64,000 nt of DNA from an uncultured Gemmatimonadales bacterium (GCA_963850905.1 CAWKMU010000003.1:2880001-2944000), one strand, 5' to 3'; counted from the stretch's first letter, positions 9,589 through 21,564 are shown. Notes: generated by a model from the letters alone, not told the origin. Translations and numbers: made by a program.

Positions 9589-10983
9589 ATGGCCGCACCG
9601 ATCAGACCGACCGTCTACGTCGAGACGTACGGGTGCCAGATGAACGTCAGCGACTCCGAGCTCATGCTCGGCTCGCTGAGCGCCTGCGGCTACGAGCCGG
9701 TGGCTCGGCCCGATGGCGCGGACGTCATCCTGGTCAATACCTGCGCGATTCGCGACCACGCCGAACAGCGCGTGATCGGGCGACTGGGTGAGCTGCGACG
9801 CCATATGCACCGCGATACGATCCTGGGTGTCACCGGGTGCATGGCGCAGCGCCTCGGCGCGGATCTGCTCGCTCGCGCGAGCCATGTCAGCTTTGTCGTC
9901 GGGCCCGACGGCTACCGCGCCTTGCCCGCGCTGATCGATCGAGCGCGGGCCGGTGGCCGGAGCGTCGAGACGACATTCGACGCAACGGAGCATTACGAGG
10001 ATTTCCGCCCTCGCCGACTCGCGGGGGTCAAGGCGTGGATTCCGGTGCAGCGCGGCTGCGACTACCGCTGCACCTATTGCATCGTGCCGACGACGCGCGG
10101 TCCCGAGCGGAGCCGACCGCTCGCCGACGTCGTTCGGGAGACGGAGCAGGCCGTGGCTGATGGGCTGACGGAGGCTGTGCTGCTCGGGCAGACGGTGAAT
10201 TCGTACAACGACGGCACGTACGACTTCGCCGACCTGCTCCGCGCCGTCGGTGCGGTCGCCGGACTCCGCCGGCTCCGCTTCACCAGCCCGCATCCAAACG
10301 ACTTCAGCGATCGCGTGCTGGAGGCGATGGCGGCCACGCCCGCCGTGTGCGAACACGTGCACCTCCCGATGCAGTCCGGATCGACTCGTACCCTCCGGCG
10401 CATGCTGCGCCGCTACACGCGCGAGGAGTATCTGCACTGCGTCGATCGCGTGCGGGACGCGATTCCGGGCGTCGCCCTCACGACGGATGTGATCGTCGGC
10501 TTTCCGGGAGAGACTGACGCCGATTTCGCCGATACGCTGTCGGCGGTCGAGTGCGTGGGTTTCGATGACGCGTATACGTTCAAGTTCTCGCCGCGCGCGG
10601 GCACGGCCGCGACGCGCTTCCCGCCCAGTGACACGGTGGGCGATGCGGAAGTCAGTGAACGGCTCGCGTCGTTGATCGCGACCGTCCGGCGTGGGGCTCG
10701 CGCGCGCAACATGCAGCTCCTCGGGACGCAGCACGAGGTCCTCGTGGAGAAGCCAGCGAAACGCGGAGAGGCTCTGCAGGCTCGAACGCGGGATTTCAAG
10801 ACGGTGCTCCTGCCGACTGCGGAGGCACAGGTTGGTCGGTACTATTCGGTGCGCCTCACCGGGACGACAGGATCCACCTTTACCGGGACGGTGATCGGCG
10901 ACGCCGATGCGCGGCCGGAGGTACGCCGGCGACGGGGTCGTGAGCTACCCATGACATCCGGCGCTGCCGCCGGGACGGAGTGA
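9589..10983 (+). CDS. miaB: tRNA 2-methylthio-N6-dimethylallyladenosine synthase MiaB
   Basis: TYGCQMN, NTCAIR, GCMAQR, radical-SAM CDYRCTYC, C-terminal TRAM domain. Confidence 0.95.
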   Translation: MAAPIRPTVYVETYGCQMNVSDSELMLGSLSACGYEPVARPDGADVILVNTCAIRDHAEQRVIGRLGELRRHMHRDTILGVTGCMAQRLGADLLARASHVSFVVGPDGYRALPALIDRARAGGRSVETTFDATEHYEDFRPRRLAGVKAWIPVQRGCDYRCTYCIVPTTRGPERSRPLADVVRETEQAVADGLTEAVLLGQTVNSYNDGTYDFADLLRAVGAVAGLRRLRFTSPHPNDFSDRVLEAMAATPAVCEHVHLPMQSGSTRTLRRMLRRYTREEYLHCVDRVRDAIPGVALTTDVIVGFPGETDADFADTLSAVECVGFDDAYTFKFSPRAGTAATRFPPSDTVGDAEVSERLASLIATVRRGARARNMQLLGTQHEVLVEKPAKRGEALQARTRDFKTVLLPTAEAQVGRYYSVRLTGTTGSTFTGTVIGDADARPEVRRRRGRELPMTSGAAAGTE

Positions 10984-10989
10984 CGCGTC

Positions 10990-11280
10990 GTGCTCAATGC
11001 ACTGGAGGAAGCGGTCCGCGCTACGTACGACTCACTGCGATCGGCAGAGCCCGCGTTCTGCGGCTGCCCGCGGTGCCGCGACGATGTCATGACCCTCGTC
11101 CTCAATCAGGCGCGCCCCCGCTACTTCGTGGGCGATCCACTCGGGGCCGCGGTGACGCGTGTCGCGCTCGATCGGCGGCAGATGCGAGCCGAGCTCTCCG
11201 TGATCGTATTGGACGCCATGCGACGCGTGGCACAGTCGCCCCATCACTCGCCGGAGGTGGACCGTGGTTCATCACACTGA
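10990..11280 (+). CDS. ComFB-family protein
   Basis: N(x)LEE start, [20 protein letters not shown] motif typical of ComFB. Confidence 0.8.
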   Translation: MLNALEEAVRATYDSLRSAEPAFCGCPRCRDDVMTLVLNQARPRYFVGDPLGAAVTRVALDRRQMRAELSVIVLDAMRRVAQSPHHSPEVDRGSSH

Positions 11281-12296
11281 CGTCTCCGTCGTCACGATCG
11301 AACGGTTCATCATCGAGCAGGAAAAGCGCCACGCGCCACAGGCGACAGGGGAGCTCTCGGGCATTCTCTACGACCTGGCCCTCGCGGCCAAGATGATCGC
11401 CAACAAGGTGCGGAGTGCGGGCCTCGCCGACATTCTGGGATCGACCGAGAACATCAACGTCCATGGCGAGACCCAGCAGAAACTCGACGTCATGGCCAAC
11501 GACATCATGGTGAAGGCGCTCGACCATGGCGGGCGGCTCTGTGCAATGGCGTCGGAGGAGGAACCCGAGATCATTCCGATCCCGGAGGGATTCCGGACAG
11601 GGAAGTACTGCCTCCTGTTCGATCCGCTGGATGGGTCATCGAACATCGATGTGAACGTACCCGTCGGGACGATCTTTTCGGTGCTCAAGAAGATCAGCCC
11701 GGGACCACGCGGCGAGTTGAGCGACATGCTGCAGGTGGGCCGCCGCCAGGTCGCAGCGGGGTACGTCATCTACGGGTCGAGCACCATGCTGGTCTACACG
11801 ACCGGGCAGGGCGTGCACGGCTTCACACTCGATCCGTCCATCGGCGAGTTTCTGCTCTCGCATCCGGACATGCGCACCCCGCGGCGTGGCCGCTACCTCT
11901 CGGTCAACGACGCCTACGGCGCCGACTGGGATGAAGCCGCTTCGTGGGCTCATGCGGCAGTACCGCGGACTCGAGGGCGGCCGCAAGCCGCTGAGCGTGC
12001 GTTACGTCGGGTCGCTCGTCGCGGATTTCCACCGCAACCTCCTGGGTGGAGGCCTGTTCGCCTATCCCGCCAATCGGCAGAGTCCGCGGGGCAAGCTCCG
12101 CCTGTTGTACGAGGCCAACCCTCTGGCGTTCATCGCCGAGCAGGCCGGCGGCGCCGCTATCGACGGCATCACGCCGGTCCTCGACATCGTACCCACGGAG
12201 CTGCATCAGCGGACGCCGCTCTTCATCGGGAGTGCCGACGACGTGGCCCTCGCCCGCGCGGCCTTGGCGCCACAGATGGCCGGCGCCGGCGTGTGA
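11264..12296 (+). CDS. fbp: Class 1 fructose-1,6-bisphosphatase (one apparent frameshift near 11935-11942)
   Basis: [23 protein letters not shown]-terminal [12 protein letters not shown] and [11 protein letters not shown] in the next frame. Confidence 0.93.
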
Positions 12297-13947
12297 CCGC
12301 GCCGCCGGCGCGCCGCGCCCGCACCGAAGGGCCGCCGGACCGGGACCAGGAGAACACGGAGCGCACATCGCCGTCCGGGATCCCCATCGCGGCAGTCTAC
12401 CGGCCGGCGGATGGCGTCACGGACTACGCGACGGCGCTGGCGGATCCCGGCCGCTTCCCGTTCACGCGCGGCATCCAACCGACGATGTATCGCGGGCCGC
12501 CTCTGGACCATGCGGCAGTACGCCGGCTTCGGCACGGCGGCGGAGACGAACGCGCGCTTCCACCACCTGCTGGCAGCGGGCCAGACCGGGCTCTCCGTCG
12601 CCTTCGATCTGCCGACGCAGATGGGTATCGATTCCGATGCCCCGCGTGCCGCCGGCGAAGTCGGACGGGTGGGTGTCGCGATCGACACCGTCGAGGACAT
12701 GCACACGCTCCTGCAGGGCATCCCGCTCGACCGCGTGTCGACCTCGATGACCATCAACGCGACGGCGTCGACACTGCTCGCGATGTATCTCGTCGTCGCC
12801 GAAGAGCGTGGCATCCCATGGACCGCCCTGAGCGGGACGGTGCAGAACGACATTCTCAAGGAGTACATCGCGCGCGGTACCTACATCTATCCGCCTGGGC
12901 CCAGCCTGGCCCTGGTCGCGGAGATGTTTCGCTTCTGTGCCGACCACGTGCCGGGCTGGAACCCGATCTCGATCTCCGGCTATCACATCCGCGAAGCCGG
13001 CGCGACCGCCGTGCAGGAGTTGGCCTTCACCTTCGCGAACGCGCATCGCGTACATCCGGCGCGCCGTCACAGCCGGCATCGACGTCGAGCGCTTTGCGCC
13101 GCGCCTGTCGTTCTTCTTTGCTGCACACAACGATCTCTTCGAGGAAGTGGCCAAGTTCCGCGCGGCGCGGCGCCTGTACGCGCGCATGCTGCGAGACGAA
13201 TTTGGCGCGTCCGAGGCCAGTTGCCGACTGCGGTTCCATACGCAGACGGGCGGCGTCACGCTCACGGCGCAGCAGCCCCTCAACAACGTCGTCCGCGTCA
13301 CGGTGCAGGCGCTGGCGGCGACTCTGGGCGGGACGCAGTCGCTGCATACCAACGCGTACGACGAGGCGTTGTCGCTTCCGACGGCGGAGGCTGCCACGCT
13401 GGCCCTGCGCACGCAACAGATCGTGGCGTTCGAATCCGGCGTCGCCAACACCGTCGATCCGTTGGCCGGGAGCTACTACGTCGAGCACCTGACGAGCCAG
13501 CTGGAGACGCAGGCGCGCGAATTGGCCGCCCACGTCCAGGCAATGGGTGGCGCGGTCGCCGCCATCGAGGCTGGCTTCGTGCAGGAAGAGATCGCCCGCA
13601 GCGCGTACCAATACCAGCTGTCGGTCGAACGCGGCGAGACCCGCGTCGTCGGTGTCAATGCCTTTGGCGATGACGTGCCGCCCCCGACGATTCCCGCGCC
13701 GGACTACTCGACCCTGGAGCGTGAGCAGGTGGAACGGCTGCGCGCCATTCGTGCGCGGCGGGATCCCGTCGCCATCGATCGCTCGCTCGCGGCGCTCGCG
13801 CACTCGGCCGACGGACTGCGCGATGCCAGCGCGCCACACGCTGCCGTGCTTCCGGTGATCGTCGAAGCCGTGCGTGCTCGGGCAACGGTCGGCGAGATCT
13901 CGGACACGCTCGCTCGGGCGTGGGGCGTCTATCGGCCGCTTCGATAG
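12293..13947 (+). CDS. Methylmalonyl-CoA mutase large (substrate-binding) subunit; apparent frameshifts near 12495 and 13043
   Basis: [55 protein letters not shown]; no B12-binding domain. Confidence 0.9.
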
Positions 13948-13982
13948 CCTCCGGCTTCGGTCGCTGCTAAGTTACGGAGAAA

Positions 13983-14378
13983 ATGCCGACCTATGAGTAC
14001 CGGTGCCCCGACGGGCACACGTTTGAGAAGTTCTATCGCAAGATCAGCGAAGCTGAATCGAGCTTGCCGTGCCCGGTGTGCGGCCGCGTCTCGGACCGAA
14101 TCGTCTCGGGCGGCGCTGGGCTTCTGTTCAAGGGATCAGGGTTCTACATCACCGACTACGGCAAGGACGGCAAGAAGGACGAGCGCGCGGCAGCCAAGCG
14201 CACGGCCACGAGCGACTCCTCGTCCGCAGAACGCGGGTCCGGCGGGTCTGGCACCGGCGAGGGGACGGGCGCGTCTCCCGCGGGTGGATCGTCGGAGCAG
14301 GGGAAGGGCGCGGACAAGTCCTCCCCAGCGACCCCAGCGGCTTCCACCGCCAAGTCGAAGCCAGCGCGCGACGAATGA
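13983..14378 (+). CDS. FmdB-family zinc-ribbon protein
   Basis: MPTYEYRC..CPVCG..FKGSGFYITDY with low-complexity tail. Confidence 0.9.
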   Translation: MPTYEYRCPDGHTFEKFYRKISEAESSLPCPVCGRVSDRIVSGGAGLLFKGSGFYITDYGKDGKKDERAAAKRTATSDSSSAERGSGGSGTGEGTGASPAGGSSEQGKGADKSSPATPAASTAKSKPARDE

Positions 14379-16019
14379 CGGACGCGGAGTTGCTCCGCGG
14401 CGAGCTCAAACGCGTGGCACAGGAGCTCGGCGCCGAGAACGCCCTCGAACCGATCATCGAACGCCCGCGCGACCCGGCGTTCGGGGACTGGACGACGAAC
14501 TACGCGATGGTGCTCGCACGGCCCCTGCAACGCCAGGCACGCCAACTCGCGGCCGCCATGGTCGAACGCCTCGATCTGCGACGGGCCGGGCTGCGAAGCG
14601 CTGAGGTAGCCGGGCCGGGCTTCATCAACTTCCGTGTCGATCCGAGCGCCCTGAACGCGCCACTCCTGGACATCATCCGTCGAGGCGAACGCTACGGGCA
14701 CGCGGATGGCGGCGCCAGCAACCGCGTCGTGGTGGAGTTTGTCTCTGCCAATCCGACGGGGCCGCTCCACGTCGGGCATGGCCGGCAAGCCGCGCTCGGC
14801 GATGCGATCGCGGCCCTGCTCGACCTGTACCGGCTGGGCGGTGAGTCGAGAATTCTATTACAACGACGCCGGCGCGCAGATCCAAAACCTCGCCGCGAGC
14901 GTGGCGGCACGCATCGCCGAGCTGCGGGGCCTTCCGCTCGAGATCCCTGAGGGAGGATACCACGGCGAGTATATCGCGGAAATCGCGCAGCGATACCTCG
15001 AGGCGCATCCCGGCGACCCCACGGGGTCGGATCGCGATCGCCTGCGAGAGTTCGCGGTTGCTGCGCTCCGGGAAGAGCAGGATCGGGATCTGCAGGCGTT
15101 CGGCGTGCGATTCGATACCTATTACCTGGAATCGTCTCTCTACACCGACGGGTATGTGGACGAAACCGTCGCTGCTCTCACTCGGACCGGATACGCGTAC
15201 GAGCAGGACGACGCGCTCTGGCTGCGGACCACGGACTTTGGAGACGACAAGCCTCGCGTCATGCGCAAGCGCGACGGCACGTATACGTATTTCGTTCCGG
15301 ATGTCGCATACCATGTGACGAAGTGGCGGCGAGGCTACGAACGGGCGATCAACGTCCAGGGGTCGGATCACCACAGCACGATCACGCGGGTGCGTGCGGG
15401 CCTCCAGGCACTGGGCGTCGGCATCCCGCCCGGCTATCCGGAGTATGTCCTGCATCAACTCGTCACCGTGACGCGAGGAGGCGAGGAGGTGAAAATCTCC
15501 AAACGGGCCGGAAGCTATGTCACGGTGCGCGATCTCATCGACGACGTTGGACGCGATGCAGTCCGGTACTTCTTCCTGATGCGCCGTGGCGAGTCACAAC
15601 TCAGCTTCGACATCGATCTCGCCCGGTCGCAGTCGGAGGAGAACCCGGTGTACTACGTGCAGATGGCGCATGCCCGGATGAGTGGCATCTTCCGGGTCGG
15701 AAATCGCGACCCCGAGAGCGTTCGGGGAGAGGGCGTGGAGCTGGCCTTGCTCGCCGAGCCTGAGGAGGTCACGCTGATCAAGACGCTGCTGGACTATCCT
15801 GCTCTGGTTCGCGCCGCGGCCGAGAACCTCGAGCCCCACCGGATGACGACGTACCTTCACGAGACCGCGGAGTTGGCCCACCGTTGGTATCATCGACATC
15901 ACGTGCTTGGTGAAGCGGCCGCGCTCACCGAAGCACGCCTCGTCCTTGCACGGGCGACGCAGATCGTGTTGCGCAACGGGTTGGGCATACTCGGCGTTTC
16001 AGCGCCGGAGCGCATGTGA
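14375..16019 (+). CDS. argS: Arginine--tRNA ligase (apparent frameshift near 14823)
   Basis: [55 protein letters not shown]. Confidence 0.95.
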
Positions 16020-16074
16020 CCCGCAACGACGCTCGAGGCATGCGTCGCCCCCACCCACACATCGGCAGCCTCAG

Positions 16075-17058
16075 ATGACCGTGCTCGTCGTCGGATCCGT
16101 CGCCCTCGATACCGTCGATACGCCCTTCGGCCACGCGGACCGCGTCATCGGCGGTTCGGCCACGTATTTCGCATCGGCTGCGTGCCACCTGACACCGGTT
16201 CAGCTGGTAGGCGTCGTGGGAGATGATTACCCCCTCGACCGGCTCGCCCCGCTCGCCGGTCGCGGCGTCGACCTGGCGGGACTCGAGCACGCACACGGAG
16301 AGTCCTTCCACTGGCGCGGGCGCTATGGCCACGATCTGAATTCCGCCCAGACCCTCGAGACCCACCTCGGCGTCTTCGCCCAGTTTCGCCCCGACATTCC
16401 CGAGACTTTTCGTCACACGCCGTACCTCTTTCTCGCCAACATCGATCCTCGCTTGCAGCTCGAGGTGCTCGCGCAAGTCGCCCGGCCGCGCCTGGTCGCG
16501 TGCGACACCATGAACTTCTGGATCGACAGCCGGCGCGATGACCTCCTCACGGTGTTGGGGCGCGTCGATCTCGTCACGCTCAACGACGGCGAGGCTCGAC
16601 AGTTGACGGGCCGGCCCAACCTCGTGCATGCGGCGCGCTGGATACTCGATCGCGGTCCGCGCGTGGTGATTATCAAGAAGGGCGAGCATGGCGCCCTGAT
16701 GTTCACGGGGCGCTCGATTTTCTTCGCGCCGGCATTTCCACTCGAATCGGTCTTCGATCCCACCGGCGCTGGCGACGCCTTCGCCGGAGGGCTCATGGGC
16801 TATCTCGCTCGCACGGGCGACTTGGGCGACGCCAACCTCCGACGCGCGGTCGCGGTGGGTTCGGTCATGGGCTCATTTGCCGTCGAGCGGTTCTCGAACG
16901 AGCGACTCGTGCAACTGACGGATCCGGAGCTCGATGAACGCTTGGCCGCCTTCCGCGAGCTTGTGGCATTCGACGTCACGGCGCCGGTGTCGGCGTCGCG
17001 GCCGCGTAGCGGCGAGCCGGGGGTCCCTGTTGGCGCACTCGGCCCCGATCCGACATGA
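16075..17058 (+). CDS. PfkB-family carbohydrate/nucleoside kinase
   Basis: VVGSVALD, GGSATY, DPTGAGDAFAGG. Confidence 0.9.
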   Translation: MTVLVVGSVALDTVDTPFGHADRVIGGSATYFASAACHLTPVQLVGVVGDDYPLDRLAPLAGRGVDLAGLEHAHGESFHWRGRYGHDLNSAQTLETHLGVFAQFRPDIPETFRHTPYLFLANIDPRLQLEVLAQVARPRLVACDTMNFWIDSRRDDLLTVLGRVDLVTLNDGEARQLTGRPNLVHAARWILDRGPRVVIIKKGEHGALMFTGRSIFFAPAFPLESVFDPTGAGDAFAGGLMGYLARTGDLGDANLRRAVAVGSVMGSFAVERFSNERLVQLTDPELDERLAAFRELVAFDVTAPVSASRPRSGEPGVPVGALGPDPT

Positions 17059-18122
17059 CCGCACCCGAGGGCCCTGCATCGCCTCAGACCCCACTCGACT
17101 ATCGCGCCGCCGGCGTTGATATCGAGGTCGCCGACTCGGCCAAGGCTCGCATGCGCGCCCTCGTCGAGTCGACCTTTACGCCGCTCGTCCGTGGGGGCTT
17201 CGGGGGCTTCGGTGGCCTGTTTCATGTGCCACCGGGCGCTGAGCGGTCGCTCCTGGTCGCGAGCGCCGACGGCGTGGGGACCAAGGTCAAGCTGGCCATC
17301 GAGGCGGGGCGACACAACACGATCGGGCACGACCTCGTGAACCACTGTGTCAACGACATCCTCGCTCAGGGTGCCTCGCCGCTCTTCTTTCTCGATTACG
17401 TCGCCTTCGGTCGCCTCGATCCCGATATCGCCGCCGCCGTCGTTGCCGGCGTGGCGGCTGGGTGCAAGGAAAATGGGTGCGCCCTGATTGGCGGTGAGAC
17501 GGCCGAGATGCCGGGCCTCTACACACCCCCGGACTACGACCTGGCCGGTTTCATCGTCGGGATCGTCGACGAAACGCACCTGCTCGGCCCCTCCCGCGTA
17601 CGCCCCGATGACGGCGTCATTGCTCTCGCGTCGAGCGGTCTCCACACCAATGGGTATTCGTTGGCGAGGCGGATCATCGCGGACCGCCTGCACCTGAGCG
17701 TGCATGATCGGTTCCCCGGGATGCAGGACAGCGTTGCGGACGTACTGCTCCGGGTGCACCGCTCCTACCTGAGCGCCGTCCGCCCAGTTCTGGGCGACAT
17801 CCATGCGATGGCGCACATCACGGGCGGAGGTCTGCCCGGCAACGTCCCGCGTGCCCTGCCTGCGACGGCTGATGCCGTTTTGAATCGATCCAGCTGGGCG
17901 CCGCCGCCGGAGTTTGCCGTTTTGGCAGATGCGGGCGGTATCAGCAGCGAAGAGATGTTTCGCGCCTTCAACATGGGTGTCGGGATGGTCGTGATCTGCG
18001 CGCCCGCCGCGGTCGGCCGCGTCTTGGAGAGCGCGCGAGCCGCCGGCGTGGACGCGTGGCAACTCGGGCAAATCGTTCGCGGAGAAGGGCGGGTCATCCT
18101 CAACGAGTCCAACCAAGGTTAA
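17055..18122 (+). CDS. purM: Phosphoribosylformylglycinamidine cyclo-ligase
   Basis: YRAAGVDI, DGVGTK, GGETAEMPG, SSGLHTNGYSL, HITGGG, FNMGVG. Confidence 0.96.
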   Translation: MTAPEGPASPQTPLDYRAAGVDIEVADSAKARMRALVESTFTPLVRGGFGGFGGLFHVPPGAERSLLVASADGVGTKVKLAIEAGRHNTIGHDLVNHCVNDILAQGASPLFFLDYVAFGRLDPDIAAAVVAGVAAGCKENGCALIGGETAEMPGLYTPPDYDLAGFIVGIVDETHLLGPSRVRPDDGVIALASSGLHTNGYSLARRIIADRLHLSVHDRFPGMQDSVADVLLRVHRSYLSAVRPVLGDIHAMAHITGGGLPGNVPRALPATADAVLNRSSWAPPPEFAVLADAGGISSEEMFRAFNMGVGMVVICAPAAVGRVLESARAAGVDAWQLGQIVRGEGRVILNESNQG

Positions 18123-18130
18123 GGTGTAAC

Positions 18131-19210
18131 GTGCCCGCGGACGACGGCGTATACATGCGCCGCGCACTGGACCTCGCCGGACAGGGGTGGGGCCACACGG
18201 CGCCGAACCCCCTGGTCGGCGCCGTGCTCGTTCGCGACGGTATCGTCGTAGGAGAGGGCTATCACGCTGCCTATGGCGGTGATCACGCCGAGGTAAATGC
18301 CCTCCGCGCCGCTGGCGCCCAGGCACGCGGAGCCACGGCGTACGTCACCCTCGAGCCGTGCACGCACACGGGACACACGCCTCCCTGCGTGGATGCGCTC
18401 ATCGCCGCGGGAGTGACTCGGGTCGTCATTGCAGTTCGAGATCCACATCCCGTTGCACGGGGCGGCGTCGAGCGCCTGAACGCCGCGGGCATCGAGACCG
18501 TCGTTGGCGTCGAGGGACCGCAGGCGCACGAGCTCAACGCGTCGTTCTTTTACGCCATCGCCTCCGACCGGCCGTGGGTGACGCTCAAGTTCGCGATATC
18601 CCTCGATGGCGCCGTCGCCGATCGCTCGGGCGCGCCGGATCGTCTCACCGGCGACCTGGCCAGGGCGGAGGTGCACCGACTGCGCGCCGGACACGACGCG
18701 ATCGCCATCGGCATCGAGACGGCGTTGATAGATGACCCCTGGCTGACCGTCCGCTACGTAGACACGCCGGGCACGCCGCCGGTCCGCGTCGTGTTTGACC
18801 GACACGCGCGCCTGCCATTCGACTCGCGGCTGATGCAGACCATTCGCGACGCTCCAGTGGTCATCGTCGCCTCCACGGCTGACAACGAGCGGGCCTCGCG
18901 CCTCGCCGCTGCCGGCGCCCGGGTACTGGTCGCGTCGACCATCGGCGACGCGCTCATACAGCTGCGGTCCGAGGGCGTTCGATCGCTGCTGCTCGAGGGC
19001 GGTCCTCGACTTGCCGGCAGCTTCCTCGCCGCGGCGGTGGTCAATCGGGTCGTTATCTTTCAGGCACCGGTCATCCTGGGTGCGGGAGCCAAGCTGGCCT
19101 TCGCGTTTGCGCCGCCAGCAGCCGTGTCGACGGCGCGGCATCTCCCGGTCATCGACCGACGCGCCGTCGGGGATGACATGATGACCGTGTACGCACTTTC
19201 TGACTCTTGA
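18131..19210 (+). CDS. ribD: Riboflavin biosynthesis deaminase/reductase RibD
   Basis: PNPLVGA, HAE, TLEPC..G.TPPC, EGG. Confidence 0.95.
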   Translation: MPADDGVYMRRALDLAGQGWGHTAPNPLVGAVLVRDGIVVGEGYHAAYGGDHAEVNALRAAGAQARGATAYVTLEPCTHTGHTPPCVDALIAAGVTRVVIAVRDPHPVARGGVERLNAAGIETVVGVEGPQAHELNASFFYAIASDRPWVTLKFAISLDGAVADRSGAPDRLTGDLARAEVHRLRAGHDAIAIGIETALIDDPWLTVRYVDTPGTPPVRVVFDRHARLPFDSRLMQTIRDAPVVIVASTADNERASRLAAAGARVLVASTIGDALIQLRSEGVRSLLLEGGPRLAGSFLAAAVVNRVVIFQAPVILGAGAKLAFAFAPPAAVSTARHLPVIDRRAVGDDMMTVYALSDS

Positions 19211-19218
19211 CTCACCGG

Positions 19219-19821
19219 ATGTTTACAGGTCTCGTCGACGCGGTCGGAACGATCGAAACGGTGCTGGACTCGGCCGAGGGCCGCACGTTCCGCGTGCGCT
19301 GCCCATACACCGATCTCGTGCCGGGCGAGAGCATCGCCGTCCATGGAGTCTGTCTCACCGTACGCGAGTGCGGAGCTCGGTGGTTCACCGCCGCCGCGAT
19401 CGTGACCACGGTCGGCCGGACCGCCATGGCACAGTGGAGCGCGGGCAAGACCGTGAACCTCGAACGTGCGCTTCGTGTGGGTGACCGCATGGGTGGCCAC
19501 ATCGTGCAGGGCCACGTTGACGGACTCGGGCTGGTCCGCGCCGCGCGCCGCGAAGGGGATGCAACGTTGGTCGATATTGCCGCGCCCTCGGAGCTCGCGG
19601 ATCTGTTTGTGCCGCACGGTTCCGTCACAATCGATGGTGTCAGTCTCACGGTGAACGAGTTGCTCGCGTCCGATCAGCTGCAGGTCGCATTGATCGACTA
19701 CACGCTCCGACATACGACGCTCGGCACACTCTCCGTCGGCGACGACGTTCACATCGAGGCCGATGTCATCGGCAAGTACGTTCGGCGCCTGGCGGCGCCA
19801 TATCTCACTCCGGATCACTAA
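19219..19821 (+). CDS. ribE: Riboflavin synthase
   Basis: MFTGLV N-terminus, [22 protein letters not shown]. Confidence 0.95.
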   Translation: MFTGLVDAVGTIETVLDSAEGRTFRVRCPYTDLVPGESIAVHGVCLTVRECGARWFTAAAIVTTVGRTAMAQWSAGKTVNLERALRVGDRMGGHIVQGHVDGLGLVRAARREGDATLVDIAAPSELADLFVPHGSVTIDGVSLTVNELLASDQLQVALIDYTLRHTTLGTLSVGDDVHIEADVIGKYVRRLAAPYLTPDH

Positions 19822-19824
19822 TCC

Positions 19825-21030
19825 ATGCCATTCGGAACGATTGAGCAGGCAGTGGCGGACCTTCGCGCCGGCAAATTCATCGTTGTCGCCGATGACGAGG
19901 ATCGCGAGAACGAGGGAGATCTCATCTGCGCGGCGGAGTGCGTCACGCCGGCGATGGTGAATTTCATGCTCCGCGAGGCGCGCGGATTGATTTGCGTCGC
20001 CCTGACCGCCGAGCGCGCCAACGAGCTCGAGTTGCCGCCGCAAGTCGAGTCCAATACCGAAGGTCAGCAAACCGCATTCACGGTCACGGTCGACGCCGCG
20101 CCGCGGTTCGGGGTGACGACCGGCGTCAGCGCGGCGGATCGAGCGACGACGATCCAGATCGCGGCGAATCCGGCTCGGTCCGCGCGGGATCTCCGCCGCC
20201 CTGGTCATATATCGCCGCTGCGCGCACGCGATGGCGGGGTGCTCCGGCGCGTCGGCCACACCGAGGCGGCGGTCGATCTCGCGCGCCTCGCCAAGCAGTG
20301 GCCAGCCGGCGTGATCTGCGAGATCATGAACGAGGACGGCTCGATGGCCAAGCGCCCCGAGCTGGAGCGCTTCACGGCCGAGCACGGGCTCACGTTCATC
20401 ACCATCGCGCAGCTGGTCGCGTATCGCCTGCAGACGGAGCGGCTTGTACACCGGGTCGCCGAGGCCCGACTCCCGACGGAACACGGCGATTGGCGGATCG
20501 TCGGGTACCGCAACGACGTGGACACGCGTGAGCACGTGGCGCTTGTCTACGGCGAAGTGGCCGGCGACCAGCCCGTGCTCGTCCGGATGCATTCGAAGTG
20601 CCTGACGGGCGATGTCTTCCACTCCCAACGCTGTGACTGCGGCTGGCAGCTGCACCGGGCGATGGAGCTCATCGCGCAGACGGGGCGTGGCGTCGTCGTG
20701 TATCTGGATCAGGAAGGGCGCGGGATCGGCCTGCTCAACAAGCTCAAGGCCTACGCGCTGCAGGATCAAGGTGCCGACACGGTCGAAGCCAACGAGCGAC
20801 TCGGATTCAAGCCCGACCTCCGCGAGTATGGTATTGGCGCACAGATTCTCCTGGATCTCGGGCTCCGCTCCATTCGCGTCCTGACCAACAATCCGACGAA
20901 GCTGGTGGGACTCGAGGGATACGGACTGCGCATCGAGGACGGCGTGCGCCTCGAGGCACCTGCGACGGACGAGAACGCCGGGTATCTGCAGACGAAACGC
21001 GCGAAGCTCGGCCACTTGCTCGCCTCGTAG
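19825..21030 (+). CDS. ribBA: Bifunctional DHBP synthase/GTP cyclohydrolase II
   Basis: [40 protein letters not shown]. Confidence 0.96.
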   Translation: MPFGTIEQAVADLRAGKFIVVADDEDRENEGDLICAAECVTPAMVNFMLREARGLICVALTAERANELELPPQVESNTEGQQTAFTVTVDAAPRFGVTTGVSAADRATTIQIAANPARSARDLRRPGHISPLRARDGGVLRRVGHTEAAVDLARLAKQWPAGVICEIMNEDGSMAKRPELERFTAEHGLTFITIAQLVAYRLQTERLVHRVAEARLPTEHGDWRIVGYRNDVDTREHVALVYGEVAGDQPVLVRMHSKCLTGDVFHSQRCDCGWQLHRAMELIAQTGRGVVVYLDQEGRGIGLLNKLKAYALQDQGADTVEANERLGFKPDLREYGIGAQILLDLGLRSIRVLTNNPTKLVGLEGYGLRIEDGVRLEAPATDENAGYLQTKRAKLGHLLAS

Positions 21031-21045
21031 GACAGGGCTACGCGG

Positions 21046-21564
21046 GTGGCGGAATTTGCGGGGGTGCCGATCGGGACAGGGCGGCGGATCGCCGTGCTCG
21101 TGAGTCGCTTCAACGAGGCGATCACGGAGCGGCTGGAGCGCGGCGCGACGGATGCGCTGCTCCGTGCGGGGGTCGCCGAGGCCGATCTGGATATCATCCG
21201 GGTACCCGGCGCGTGGGAGCTGCCGACGGCCGCGCGGGCGGCGCTGGCGACCGAGCGCTACGACGCGCTGGTGGCGCTGGGCGCGGTGATCCGCGGCGAG
21301 ACCCCTCATTTCGACTACGTCGCGTCCGCCGCGGCCGACGGCCTGGCCGCGGCCGCGGCGGACTACGATGTGCCGATCGGCTTCGGCCTGCTCACGTGCG
21401 ACACGGTCGCGCAGGCGGAAGCGCGGGCGGGCGGTACGCATGGCAACAAGGGTGTCGACGCCGTGCTCGCGGCACTCGAGATGGTCGACTTGATTGCGCG
21501 CTTGGACGTCGAGATCGACGACCGCCGCGCCGGCGCACGGGTCAGCGCATCGCGCGGCGCGTGA
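21046..21564 (+). CDS. ribH: 6,7-dimethyl-8-ribityllumazine synthase
   Basis: SRFN, VPGAWELP, VIRGETPHFDYV, GNKG. Confidence 0.96.
   Translation: MAEFAGVPIGTGRRIAVLVSRFNEAITERLERGATDALLRAGVAEADLDIIRVPGAWELPTAARAALATERYDALVALGAVIRGETPHFDYVASAAADGLAAAAADYDVPIGFGLLTCDTVAQAEARAGGTHGNKGVDAVLAALEMVDLIARLDVEIDDRRAGARVSASRGA

Noticed and set aside
11264..13492. Apparent 742-aa FBPase fusion protein
   Set aside because: Artifact of frameshifts joining the fbp N-terminus to out-of-frame and mutase sequence
19800..21050. FMN riboswitch for the rib operon or SAM riboswitch for metK
   Set aside because: Intergenic gaps are only a few to about 20 nt; no aptamer consensus seen
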